The position numbers and the translations under genes were made by a program. A DNA stretch of 46,619 nt from Gemmatimonadota bacterium (lineage in GTDB: Bacteria; Gemmatimonadota; Gemmatimonadetes; Gemmatimonadales; Gemmatimonadaceae), in NCBI GenBank assembly GCA_031372565.1, contig JANMLN010000034.1, positions 1 through 46,619 of the forward strand, written 5' to 3'. The notes under the pieces were generated by a model. It made no database searches. It was given only the letters and a program-made list of their open reading frames with translations, and was not told the DNA's origin. Below, piece by piece: positions 1-9,192 of this stretch; the stretch's first letter is position 1; each line of letters starts with the position of its first letter.

Positions 1-36
1 GCGGACTCCATCAAACGGGGTCCGCGTTTCGTTTTT
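1..36 (+). terminator. Intrinsic terminator-like hairpin upstream of infC (possibly the 3' end of an L20-leader attenuator)
   Basis: GCGGACTCC (1-9) pairs with GGGGTCCGC (17-25), followed by GTTTCGTTTTT. The upstream part is cut off by the window edge. Confidence 0.55.
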
Positions 37-56
37 CCCTTGCAGGAGTAGCGCCG

Positions 57-572
57 ATTCAGGACCCGACGAAGCGTATTCGCGTGAACCGGCAGATTCG
101 CATCAGCCCGCTCCGCGTGATCGCGCCCGATGGCAGTCAGATGGGGATTCTCGACCTCGATGCCGCACTCGCTGCGGCCGTGGAACAGGGCCTTGATCTG
201 GTCGAAGTGGCCCCGCTCGCCCGCCCGCCTGTCGTCCGCATCATGGACTACGGCAAGTACAAGTTCGAACAGGCGAAGATGGCGCGGGTGGCCAAGAAGA
301 AGCAGCACGTGATCCTGCTCAAGGAGGTCAAGTACCGACCGGGCATCGAGGATCACGACTTCGAGACGAAGACGCGCCATGCGCGTCGGTTCCTGTCGGA
401 AGGCAACAAGGTGAAGGTGACCATGCAGTTCCGCGGCCGCCAGATCGCGCATCCCGAGTTGGGGCGCGCCGTGGTGGACCGGGTGGTCGCCGAACTGACG
501 GATGTCGCGAAGGTGGAAAGCGACGCCAAGCTGGAAGGGAAGTTCATGACCATGATTCTCACGCCCAAGTGA
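57..572 (+). CDS. infC: Translation initiation factor IF-3, probable ATT start
   Basis: Motifs [45 protein letters not shown] at 44-48, 8 nt before an in-frame ATT at 57 (the ORF track starts at GTG 84). Confidence 0.95.
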   Translation: MQDPTKRIRVNRQIRISPLRVIAPDGSQMGILDLDAALAAAVEQGLDLVEVAPLARPPVVRIMDYGKYKFEQAKMARVAKKKQHVILLKEVKYRPGIEDHDFETKTRHARRFLSEGNKVKVTMQFRGRQIAHPELGRAVVDRVVAELTDVAKVESDAKLEGKFMTMILTPK

Positions 573-585
573 CCGGGACCGACTG

Positions 586-783
586 ATGCCGAAAATGAAG
601 ACCCACAAGGGTGCCAAGAAGCGCTTCTCCGTGACGGCGAAGGGCAAGGTGCGGCGCCTGAAGGCCTACAAGAGCCACATCCTCACCAAGAAGACATCCA
701 AGCGGAAGCGGAATCTCCGCCGTCCTGCCATGGTCGCCACGAGTGGCGACGAGAAGCGGATGAAGCGTCTCATCCAGGCTTAA
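586..783 (+). CDS. rpmI: 50S ribosomal protein L35
   Basis: [14 protein letters not shown]...HILTKK; lies between infC and rplT. Confidence 0.98.
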   Translation: MPKMKTHKGAKKRFSVTAKGKVRRLKAYKSHILTKKTSKRKRNLRRPAMVATSGDEKRMKRLIQA

Positions 784-795
784 GGAGCCCCGACC

Positions 796-1158
796 ATGCC
801 TCGCGTCCGTTCCAACGTCGTGCGCCTCAAGCGCAAGAAGCAGATCATGAAGGCCGCCCGCGGCGCCTTCGGTGCCCGCAGCAAGCTGTGGGGTCCCGCC
901 AAGGAGACCGTCGAGCGCGGCTGGCGCTACGCCTACCGCGATCGCAAGAACAAGAAGCGCGATTTCCGCGCCCTCTGGATCGTCCGCATCAATGCGGCCG
1001 CTCGCCTCAATGACATGAACTACAACCAGTTCATCAACGGGCTCGGCAAGGCCGGCATCGAAGTCGATCGCCGCATGCTGGCCGAACTGGCCGTCTCCGA
1101 TCCGGCGGCGTTCACGCTGCTCGCCGACAAGGCGCGCGCCGCACACACGCCCGCGTAA
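796..1158 (+). CDS. rplT: 50S ribosomal protein L20
   Basis: MPRV..., YAYRDRKNKKRDFRALWIVRINAAAR; SD AAGGAG upstream. Confidence 0.98.
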   Translation: MPRVRSNVVRLKRKKQIMKAARGAFGARSKLWGPAKETVERGWRYAYRDRKNKKRDFRALWIVRINAAARLNDMNYNQFINGLGKAGIEVDRRMLAELAVSDPAAFTLLADKARAAHTPA

Positions 1159-1181
1159 GCGGTTCGGGTCGTATCTGAACG

Positions 1182-1226
1182 AGCGGCAGCGCACCGGAGT
1201 CTCCGAGGCGCTGCCGCTTTCTTTCT
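1182..1226 (+). terminator. Intrinsic terminator after rplT
   Basis: AGCGGCAGCGC (1182-1192) / GCGCTGCCGCT (1208-1218) 11-bp stem followed by TTCTTTCT. Confidence 0.75.
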
Positions 1227-1242
1227 CCCTTCGCACTTCGCC

Positions 1243-2259
1243 GTGACCCTCCAGGATTTTCTCGCGGCCGCTCAGGCACTCGAAATCGACGGATTGGCCG
1301 CCGCATCGACCGCTGCCGACGCCGACGCCCTCGCAGCGGCGCGGAACGCGCTCGTCGGGCGCAAACAGGGGCGCCTCACCGACCTCATGGGGCAGCTGGC
1401 CACCCTGCCTGCCGATGCCAAGCGCGAGGCGGGCGCTGCGGCCAACCGCACCAAGCTCGCGCTCGAGGCCGCCCTCGATGCGCGCGGTGCCGAACTCGCC
1501 GCGCTCGCCAAGGCCAGCGCGCCGTCGCTCGACCTCTCGATGCCGTCGCGCGGCACCTGGCGTGGCGCGGTCCATCCCGTGTCGGCCATCATCGACGAGA
1601 TCACGGCGATCTTCCGCGAGCTCGGCTTCACCACGCAGCTGGGGCCCGAGGCGGAGCACGAGTGGTACAACTTCGGTGCGCTCAACTTTCCGGATAACCA
1701 TCCGGCCATGGACGCGCACGATACGCTCTACTTGGGCGCCAACGCCCTGCTGCGCACGCACACCTCGCCGGTGCAGGTCCGCACGCTGCAGCGCTTCGAG
1801 CCGCCGGTGCGCGTGCTGGCGCCGGGCATGGTCTACCGCCGCGACTTCTTCGACTCCACGCACGCGCCCGCCTTCCATCAGGTCGAGGGGCTCGCGATCG
1901 ACGAGGGGATCTCGTTCGTGGACCTCAAGGCGACGCTGGCCGAGTTCGCGCGCCGCTTCTACGGCGGCACACGCCGCACCCGCTTCGGTCCGTCCTACTT
2001 CCCGTTCACCGAACCCTCCGCGCAGATGGACGTCGAAGTCGATCTCGGCGACGGCAAGGGCCTCCGCTGGGTCGAGATCCTCGGCTGCGGCATGGTGCAC
2101 CCGGCCGTGCTCGAATCGGCCGGCGTCGACAGCGAGAAGTACACCGGCTGGGCGTTCGGCATGGGGCCGGGGCGCCTCGCCCTGTCTCGTCATGGCATTC
2201 CCGATATCCGCATCCTGTACGACTCGGATGTGCGCTTCCTGGAGCAGTTCGCCCGATGA
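1243..2259 (+). CDS. pheS: Phenylalanine--tRNA ligase alpha subunit
   Basis: LLRTHTSPVQ, FHQVEG, YFPFTEPS, WVEILGCGMVHP, GWAFGMG. Confidence 0.98.
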   Translation: MTLQDFLAAAQALEIDGLAAASTAADADALAAARNALVGRKQGRLTDLMGQLATLPADAKREAGAAANRTKLALEAALDARGAELAALAKASAPSLDLSMPSRGTWRGAVHPVSAIIDEITAIFRELGFTTQLGPEAEHEWYNFGALNFPDNHPAMDAHDTLYLGANALLRTHTSPVQVRTLQRFEPPVRVLAPGMVYRRDFFDSTHAPAFHQVEGLAIDEGISFVDLKATLAEFARRFYGGTRRTRFGPSYFPFTEPSAQMDVEVDLGDGKGLRWVEILGCGMVHPAVLESAGVDSEKYTGWAFGMGPGRLALSRHGIPDIRILYDSDVRFLEQFAR

Positions 2260-4694
2260 ACGCATCGCACGACTGGCTCAAGGCCTTCGTCCCGCACACG
2301 CTCGACGCCGACCAACTGGCCGAGAAGCTCTCGCGCCATGTGGCCACGGTCGATGGCGTGCTTCGCCTCAACGCGGAACTTGCCCCGTTCGTCGTGGGGC
2401 AGGTCATGGCGAGCGAGAAGATCCCCGATACCAAGCTCTCCTTCAACAAGGTCGACGACGGCAGCGGGGAACTGCTCGAGGTCGTGTGCGGCGCGCCCAA
2501 TGTGGTGGTGGGCACCAAGTATCCGTTCGCGCGCACCGGCACGCGCATGCCGGCAGGACTGCTGATCGAGAAGCGGAAGATCCGCGGCTTCACCTCGAAC
2601 GGCATGCTCTGCTCGTCCCGCGAGTTGGGACTGGGCGACGACCACGACGGGATCCTGCCGCTCGAGACGCAGGTGCCGAACGGCACCCCGCTCCTCGACG
2701 TGCTCAAGGTGGGTGATGTCCGTCTCGAGGTGGACGTGCTCGCCAATCGGCCGGATCTGCTGTCGCAGCGCGGGTTGGCGCGCGAAGTCAGCGCGCTGAC
2801 CGGTGTACCGATGCAGCGTCCGAGCGAACTCGCCGCGGTGGCCGCGCTGGCGTCGGCTTCGCGCGGTGCAACAGAAGCATCCAGCGGTGGCGCCACCGTG
2901 CGCGTTGAGGACCTCGCCGGATGCCCGCGCTACATGGCGGTCGTCATTCGCGGCGTGACCGTGGGTCCGAGCCCGGCGTGGCTGGTGGCGCGCCTCGACG
3001 GGGTGGGCGCGCGATCGATCAACAACGTCGTCGACGTGACCAACTACATGTTGCACGGCTTCGGGCAGCCGATGCACGCGTTTGACCTGGGGACGCTGGC
3101 GCAGTCGACCATCGTGGTCCGCCGTGGGCGAGCGGGCGAGAAGATGAAGACACTCGATTCTGTCGAACGGACGCTCTCGGGCGAGATGACGATCATCGCG
3201 GACGCCGAGCGCGCGGTCGCGATTGGCGGCGTGATGGGGGGCGAGAACTCCGAGGTGAGCGCGACCACGCGCGACATCCTGCTCGAAGTTGCGCAATTCG
3301 AGCCGGTCCGTCTTCGCGCCACGCGCAAGGCGGTGGGGCTCAACACCGATGCGTCGTATCGCTACGAACGCGGCATTGACGGGGCAGTGATACCCGAACT
3401 CATCGCGTTTGCGTCATCACTCATCACTCAGGTCGCGGGCGGCGCCGTGGAGGGCGCTCCGATCGATGTGGGTGCGTCCATCCCATCGTTGCCGGACGTG
3501 ACCGTGCGACCCAGCCGCGTCTCGCGCGTGATCGGCGTGCCACTGTCGCCCGAGACCATCACGCAGCGGTTGGTGTCGGTCGGGTTCAGCGTGACACAGG
3601 CCGGCCCCGACGCGCTCGCCGTGCGTGTCCCGAGTTGGCGCAACGACGTGTTTCGCGAGATCGACTTGGTGGAGGAAGTGGCGCGATTGGGCGGTTTCGA
3701 CGCCCTCCCGGATGAATTGCGGGCGTTCCGGCCCGGCAACGCGCCGGATGATCCGGTGCATCTGCTGAGCCTCAAGGTGCGCGAGGCGCTTGTGGCGGAG
3801 GGGCTGTTCGAGACCAAGCCACTCCCCTTCGTGCAGGGCGATGCGAGCACGCACGTCCGTGTGGAAAACCCGCTCGCCGATGACGAACCGAGCCTGCGGA
3901 CGTCGGTGCTGGAAACGCTGGGCAAGCGTGCGGAGTACAACCTGAATCGCGGAAGTGGCGACGTTCGGCTCTTCGAGATCGGGTCTGTATTCTCGCCCGG
4001 TGCGACGGCACTCCCCGACGAGGAGATCCGAGTGGGCGCGCTCCTGATGGGCGCTCGGCGGCCACCGCATTTCACCGATCCGAAGCCGCCCGCGTACGAT
4101 GCATGGGATGCCAAGCATCTGGCAGAACGCATTGTCAACATTGTGTTTAGTGAGCGTGACATCTCATATCACGTGAATGTTGATGGTACGCTCTGGAAGC
4201 TGTGCGAAGGTGACGCAGTCGTCGGCGCTGTGAGGCTGCTCGCGCTGGACGCCCCGGTCTGGGCGTCCCCCGCCTTCGGCGTGGAAGTGATGCTCCATCG
4301 CTTCGGCCGCGATCTCGTGGCGCAGAAGGGCGCGAACGCGTGGGCTCACAATTCTGACGTATCGCGCTCGGCGGCCTCGACGGCGGTTCGGTATCGGCCA
4401 CTGCCCGTCACGCCGGCAGCGCAGTTCGACGTCGCACTCCTTGTGCCCGACGGCACACCGGCGGCGAGTGTGGAGGCGGTCATCCGACGTGATGCCGGGG
4501 AGCTGCTCGAGTCAGTGGTGCTGTTCGACGAGTTCCGCGGGACGGGGGTACCGGCCGGGCACCGCTCGCTCGCGTGGGCGTTGACCTTCCGGCATCCAGA
4601 GCGCACCCTTCGGGACAAGGAAGTCGAGGGACGGCGTTCGAAGCTCCTCAAGACCCTCGAGGGAGAACTCGGTGTCCGACCGCGCGCGGGCTGA
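2256..4694 (+). CDS. pheT: Phenylalanine--tRNA ligase beta subunit
   Basis: VVCGAPNV, SNGMLCS, NRPDLLS, INNVVDVTNY, GQPMHAFD, REIDLVEEVAR, C-terminal FDX-ACB domain; ATGA overlap with pheS. Confidence 0.98.
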   Translation: MNASHDWLKAFVPHTLDADQLAEKLSRHVATVDGVLRLNAELAPFVVGQVMASEKIPDTKLSFNKVDDGSGELLEVVCGAPNVVVGTKYPFARTGTRMPAGLLIEKRKIRGFTSNGMLCSSRELGLGDDHDGILPLETQVPNGTPLLDVLKVGDVRLEVDVLANRPDLLSQRGLAREVSALTGVPMQRPSELAAVAALASASRGATEASSGGATVRVEDLAGCPRYMAVVIRGVTVGPSPAWLVARLDGVGARSINNVVDVTNYMLHGFGQPMHAFDLGTLAQSTIVVRRGRAGEKMKTLDSVERTLSGEMTIIADAERAVAIGGVMGGENSEVSATTRDILLEVAQFEPVRLRATRKAVGLNTDASYRYERGIDGAVIPELIAFASSLITQVAGGAVEGAPIDVGASIPSLPDVTVRPSRVSRVIGVPLSPETITQRLVSVGFSVTQAGPDALAVRVPSWRNDVFREIDLVEEVARLGGFDALPDELRAFRPGNAPDDPVHLLSLKVREALVAEGLFETKPLPFVQGDASTHVRVENPLADDEPSLRTSVLETLGKRAEYNLNRGSGDVRLFEIGSVFSPGATALPDEEIRVGALLMGARRPPHFTDPKPPAYDAWDAKHLAERIVNIVFSERDISYHVNVDGTLWKLCEGDAVVGAVRLLALDAPVWASPAFGVEVMLHRFGRDLVAQKGANAWAHNSDVSRSAASTAVRYRPLPVTPAAQFDVALLVPDGTPAASVEAVIRRDAGELLESVVLFDEFRGTGVPAGHRSLAWALTFRHPERTLRDKEVEGRRSKLLKTLEGELGVRPRAG

Positions 4695-5001
4695 ACGGCA
4701 GTCGTTCGAGGAGTTGCAGGTGCTGGTCGGGCTCCTCGCCGAGGAGCTGGCCGGCTTCCGCGTACGCGCGCTCGCCGCGGAGCAGAAGCTGCGTCAGGCA
4801 GCGCGTGAGGCAGGAAACCCGGAGTTGAGCCTGGAGACGCTGCAACAGCGCGTTGACGCGCTCGAAGCCGACAACGTGGCGCTCAAGGAGCGGTTGGCGC
4901 GCGCCACGGACCGTACGCGGGGGATGCTCGACCGCGTGCGCTTCCTGCGTCAGCAGACCAGTGCGGCCGAGTTGGCGTCGGCAGGCGAGGACGGCGCATG
5001 A
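4672..5001 (+). CDS. Coiled-coil protein, ZapB-like
   Basis: Heptad-rich (LETLQQRVDALEADNVALKERL), positioned between pheT and zapA. Confidence 0.65.
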   Translation: MSDRARAERQSFEELQVLVGLLAEELAGFRVRALAAEQKLRQAAREAGNPELSLETLQQRVDALEADNVALKERLARATDRTRGMLDRVRFLRQQTSAAELASAGEDGA

Positions 5002-5318
5002 GCCGGGTGCAGAGCCTCAAGCTCGAGGTGCAGGGCGAGAGCTACACGATCCGCTCCGATGCACCCCCGGAGCACATGCGGCAGGTCGCGCAGTACGTGG
5101 ATCAGGCGATCAACAAGGTGCGCGCTGGTGCGCCGTCGCTCGATCCGCCGCGGGCGGCTGTGCTGGCCGCGATGCAGATGGCCGATGAATTGCTCCGCGC
5201 TCGCGCGGAGGGGGCGGCGCTGGCCACCGACATGCAGGCGCTGGCGGACGAGGTACGGCGATTGCTGCCGCCGGCCAAGCGGAACACGCCGCTCGGGATG
5301 CCGGCGATCACAGAGTAG
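4998..5318 (+). CDS. zapA: Cell division protein ZapA
   Basis: LEVQGESYTIRS, VAQYVDQAI, AAVLAAMQMADEL followed by a coiled coil; typical pheT-zapA synteny. Confidence 0.88.
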   Translation: MSRVQSLKLEVQGESYTIRSDAPPEHMRQVAQYVDQAINKVRAGAPSLDPPRAAVLAAMQMADELLRARAEGAALATDMQALADEVRRLLPPAKRNTPLGMPAITE

Positions 5319-5325
5319 CGCCCTT

Positions 5326-5357
5326 GTCGTTCTGAGCGCAGCGAAGGACCTGCTTCT
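5326..5357 (+). repeat. REP-like dispersed repeat, copy 1
   Basis: GTCGTTCTGAGCGCAGCGAAGGACCTGCTTCT is 31/32 identical to 43058-43089. It lies between convergent stop codons. Confidence 0.8.
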
Positions 5358-5362
5358 CCCGC

Positions 5363-5764
5363 CTACGTTCGGAACCAGAGCCCGCCAATCGCCAGCCCGA
5401 GCGTCGTCCACGCGAGAAAGAGCCATCGCGTTTGCTCGCCCATGCGCTGGTCGACGGATGCGAGGATTTGCGCAGCAACGCGATCAATCTTCGCATCAAG
5501 CTGCGCCGTGCGCGCCTCCCACTTGGCGTCCATCTCGGCTAACCGTCGGTCGACCTGTGCGGCACGCACCTCCCACTTGGCGTCCGCTTCCGCGAAGCGG
5601 CGATCAACCTGTGCGGAGAACCGTGTGAAGTTGACTTCGTTCAACTCTCGGAGATCGTTGCGATACGTAGTATCCACGGTATTGAACCAGGTTACGAGTT
5701 CGTCGGCGACTTGGTCACCCATCTTCTCGTAGAACACGCGCGAGAGCTTCGCTGTCACCGGCAT
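5363..5764 (-). CDS. Membrane-anchored coiled-coil protein (DUF1640/CCDC90-like architecture)
   Basis: Helical head, 18-aa repeated stalk, C-terminal hydrophobic anchor (TRWLFLAWTTLGLAIGGLW); GAGGA SD upstream. Confidence 0.7.
   Translation of the reverse strand: MPVTAKLSRVFYEKMGDQVADELVTWFNTVDTTYRNDLRELNEVNFTRFSAQVDRRFAEADAKWEVRAAQVDRRLAEMDAKWEARTAQLDAKIDRVAAQILASVDQRMGEQTRWLFLAWTTLGLAIGGLWFRT
5507..5614. repeat. Two tandem 54-nt units encoding 18-aa repeats
   Basis: AQVDRRFAEADAKWEVRA / AQVDRRLAEMDAKWEART; the shared DNA core CCTCCCACTTGGCGTCC recurs 54 nt apart. Confidence 0.8.
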
Positions 5765-5808
5765 CGTCCTTGATCCTCGTAGGTGGAGGGGTTCGGACGA
5801 GTATCGTA

Positions 5809-5837
5809 AGGCTACGCTCGGCGAAGTACGGCATCAA
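5809..5837 (-). promoter_or_regulatory. Putative sigma70 promoter for the 5363-5764 gene
   Basis: Minus strand TTGATG-N17-TAGCCT, about 45 nt upstream of the ATG. Confidence 0.4.
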
Positions 5838-6096
5838 TCCCCTGCGGGGTAGGTCTTTCTCACGCAGCCGCGAGCGCTGATCATTCTCTTGCGTTGACAC
5901 GCGGCTAGCGCGAAACGCGCAGGACTTCACGATGACGCGTCGCCCTGCGGTGGACCGTCCCGCTCGCAATCGCGAAGCGAACGGTCGCGCGGGCATGGCG
6001 GTAACGATCGGATCCGCTTGTCATGTCGGATCATCCTGCCGGATGCCGCCGAGGGCAAGGGCGCAGACCTCCTGCCGCGGTAACATGTTGCGCGCG

Positions 6097-9024
6097 TCAG
6101 CGCGCGGTCGGCCCCAGATACGTGTCCAGCCAGCGCAGCGACTCCGTGATCAGCAGCGTGCGCGGCACCGAGTGCCCGCCCTTGAACACCACGTGCCGCT
6201 TCTGCGCGCTCGGCGTGCCGAGCATCGCGAGAAACGGCTTCTGTGAGGTCTCGAGCGGGAAGAAGTGGTCATACTCGCCATTCAGCATGAGCACGGGGAC
6301 GCGCACGCGTGGCAGGTAGTTGAGCGGATCCGACTCCGGTCGTGTGCGCTCCATCTTGAGTCCGGCGACCGTGAGGACGGCGGCCTTGAAGCGCGATTCG
6401 GTGGCCAGCATGATCGGTGCCATCCGTCCACCGAAGCTGTTGCCGAAGTACGCGATGCGCGACATGTCGACGTCGCGCCGGGTCTCGAGATAATCGAGTG
6501 TGCGGTGCACGTCCTTCACCCACATCGCCACGTGATCGCGATACGTCGCGGTTTCGCGTGGGGAGTCACTGTCGAGCGTATGCTCGCGCTCAAACTGGCT
6601 CGCATAGACGGGCCAGACGAAGATGCGCCCGCTGTTGAGGATGGCGTCTCCCGAGACGGTTCGGACCTCGCTGTGGACCTCGCTGTAGAAGGCGTTGGAG
6701 CCGGGATAGAAGATGACCGCCTGCATCGGGGTCACGCGTCGGCGAGGCACGTACACATAGATCGGCATCCGTTCGCGTCCGTACGGCGTCGCGATGGTCA
6801 CCCGCTCGACGGTGTAGTCCGCGTTCGTGGAGTCCACCGCTTCCACCCGCGCATCCAGGGGGATGCGGTCGTACGCATAGACGCCAGCGAGTCCACGATA
6901 GACGTCGTCCGACACCGGGCGTTCGCGCGCGTAGTCGCGGAACTGGCGCGCGATCGGGGCCCATGCGACAGGTGGCGTCGAGTCCTTCGGCGCGCGCTTC
7001 ATGAGGCGCAACCCGTTGATCGCCGAGCGGTCGAGCGGGTCCTGCGCATACGCATCGGTAAACGAGTACGGCTGGTCGGTCCATCCGCCACCAAGAATGA
7101 ACCGCTGCGAACCGAACGCGTTCGCAATCCACTCGCGCACGTTGCCCGCCATGTCGAATGTCCCTGGAGGACTCATCCCCAGGGTGCCGCCGATGGGACG
7201 CGGCGCCTCGACGCCGAACACGCTTTGCGGCACGATCGCGGGCATCGCATAGGTCCCGGCTGCGCGTGTCCAATGAAAGATCGTCGGGAGTTCCTTGCCC
7301 GCGAATCGCGCGTACGCATTGGCTTCGTACCAGCTCAGGCCGCCCACGGGCAGGTCGTCAGCACCGATCGGATAGGTGCCGCCCTCCCACGACGACGGCC
7401 CCGGCCGGCCGGTGCGATCGACGAAGCGCTGCATCGCTTCGGTGACCGGAAGCGTGCGACCATTCGCAACCACCGGCTCCGTCCACCACTGGGCATCGGT
7501 GTATCCGCCCGCGTCCACAAAGCGCTTGAACGCACGGTTGGTGACTTCGTACCGGTCGATGAGGTACCCGCCGAGCGGCACCTCATCGATGGCGCTCAAC
7601 CCTGGCATCACCGCCTCGGTCATCCCGCCGCCCACCTGGACCATGTCGGCATCCGGGGCCGATTCGGCAGCGAGCATGACGGTCGCACTGTCGCGCGCCG
7701 CCGTCGTGAGGAAGAGCCGATCGCGATGCCCCGCGCGCACGAACCGTACGCGAATCGTTCCGCGCGGCAGCCGAAACGTTGCGGGCGTCGTGCCGGCCAC
7801 GTGCCACTCAGCGGGAAGATCCGCGGCGGCCCACGCAACCTGCGCGCCTGTTGGCTCCGAGCCGTAGTAGGTGTCCCACCCCACGCGGCGAGCAAGCGTC
7901 GCCAAGGCCGTGTCATCCGGTGCGCGCGCCACGGCACGCTCGTGCCACATGAAGGCGCTGTCCATGCGGCCGGCATCCGCCAGGCGCAAGATCTCGGGAA
8001 TCGCGACCGTGGTCACCCATCGCTGGTCGCGCGACTGCTTGGTGACCATGGCCACGGCTCCGAGCGCGAGCGCACCAACCACGCCGATCACGGCGAAGGC
8101 GCCGACTCGCCCCACCTTCCGCTCGAGCCGCCCGAACAGGGACGGAGCAGCGGCGGGCCGGAGCAGGGCATCCAGCGCCCCGATGATCGCTTCGGCCGAC
8201 TGCGGACGATTGTCAGGACTCTTGGCGAGGCACTGCATCACCAGCTTGGCGATCCCCGCGGGTACCTGCGGCGCGCGCTGATGCAGCGTCGCTGGAGTCC
8301 CGCTCACCTGAGCGGCCAGCACCTCCTGCGGCCGCCCCGTGAAGGGGACCGCGCCGCACAGCATCTCGTATGCCACGAGTCCTGCCGAGTAGATGTCGGC
8401 GCGATGGTCCACATCGGGATCGCCCGCGGCCTGCTCGGGTGCCATGTACGCCGGCGTTCCCAGCGAAATGCCTACCGAGGTGAGTGCACCATCGCCGGCG
8501 CGCCCCGACCGCGCACCCTCCCGCGCCGCCGAGACGGCCTTGGCGACGCCGAAATCGAGCACCAACGCATGCCGCTCCACCAGCATCACGTTCTCGGGCT
8601 TCACGTCGCGATGCACCAGCCCCTGCGCGTGGGCGTGCGCGAGAGCATCGAGGATCTCGCGCAGGATCCGCAGCGCTTCGTCCAGCGGGAGTGGCCCTCC
8701 CGCCTCGCGGAGTCTGGTGCGAAGCGACCGCCCGTCGGCGAACGGCATCACGTAATACAGGAAGCCGGCCGCCTCTCCCGAGTCGATGAGCGTCAGGATG
8801 TGCGGATGCTGCAGTCCTGCGGTGATGCGAATCTCGCGCAGAAAACGCTCCGCTCCCACGCTTGCCGCGAGCTGCGGATCCAGCACCTTCACCGCGACCG
8901 ATCGCTGGTGCTTCAGGTCCTCGGCGAGGTAGACCGTGGCCATGCCGCCCGCACCGATCTCCCGCTCGATCCGATACCGATCGGCGAGCGCGTCAACGAG
9001 GGGTTGCAGGGTCGGGTCCGTCAT
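6097..9024 (-). CDS. Transmembrane Ser/Thr kinase fused to FGE/SUMF1-like and alpha/beta-hydrolase domains
   Basis: Kinase: IGAGGMATVY, VAVK, HRDVKPEN, DFG, GTPAYMAPE. One TM helix. FGE-like: IDRYEVTN, SWYEANAYA, DMAGNVREW. Hydrolase: GNSFGG, NGEYD, GGHS. Confidence 0.9.
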   Translation of the reverse strand: MTDPTLQPLVDALADRYRIEREIGAGGMATVYLAEDLKHQRSVAVKVLDPQLAASVGAERFLREIRITAGLQHPHILTLIDSGEAAGFLYYVMPFADGRSLRTRLREAGGPLPLDEALRILREILDALAHAHAQGLVHRDVKPENVMLVERHALVLDFGVAKAVSAAREGARSGRAGDGALTSVGISLGTPAYMAPEQAAGDPDVDHRADIYSAGLVAYEMLCGAVPFTGRPQEVLAAQVSGTPATLHQRAPQVPAGIAKLVMQCLAKSPDNRPQSAEAIIGALDALLRPAAAPSLFGRLERKVGRVGAFAVIGVVGALALGAVAMVTKQSRDQRWVTTVAIPEILRLADAGRMDSAFMWHERAVARAPDDTALATLARRVGWDTYYGSEPTGAQVAWAAADLPAEWHVAGTTPATFRLPRGTIRVRFVRAGHRDRLFLTTAARDSATVMLAAESAPDADMVQVGGGMTEAVMPGLSAIDEVPLGGYLIDRYEVTNRAFKRFVDAGGYTDAQWWTEPVVANGRTLPVTEAMQRFVDRTGRPGPSSWEGGTYPIGADDLPVGGLSWYEANAYARFAGKELPTIFHWTRAAGTYAMPAIVPQSVFGVEAPRPIGGTLGMSPPGTFDMAGNVREWIANAFGSQRFILGGGWTDQPYSFTDAYAQDPLDRSAINGLRLMKRAPKDSTPPVAWAPIARQFRDYARERPVSDDVYRGLAGVYAYDRIPLDARVEAVDSTNADYTVERVTIATPYGRERMPIYVYVPRRRVTPMQAVIFYPGSNAFYSEVHSEVRTVSGDAILNSGRIFVWPVYASQFEREHTLDSDSPRETATYRDHVAMWVKDVHRTLDYLETRRDVDMSRIAYFGNSFGGRMAPIMLATESRFKAAVLTVAGLKMERTRPESDPLNYLPRVRVPVLMLNGEYDHFFPLETSQKPFLAMLGTPSAQKRHVVFKGGHSVPRTLLITESLRWLDTYLGPTAR

Positions 9025-9163
9025 GCGTGGTCAGGGGCTGCGGGACCGGGAAAAAGTAGCCCGCGCCGCGTGGGACGGCGACCGTCGCCGTCGTGCCCGT
9101 TTGGTCACGGGGGCGAGGCATGGTTGGGCATCGCGCTCACGGCCCCCCCACCCATTCTGTTCG

Positions 9164-9192
9164 TTGCAGCACGCGGCTCCCGGCAGTAGTTT
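9164..9192 (+). promoter_or_regulatory. Putative sigma70 promoter for the rny operon
   Basis: TTGCAG-N17-TAGTTT, about 165 nt upstream of the rny ATG. Confidence 0.45.

Noticed and set aside
4160..4187. dif/Xer site in pheT
   Set aside because: Only a partial arm match (ATGTT), wrong spacer length, and it lies inside an essential gene.
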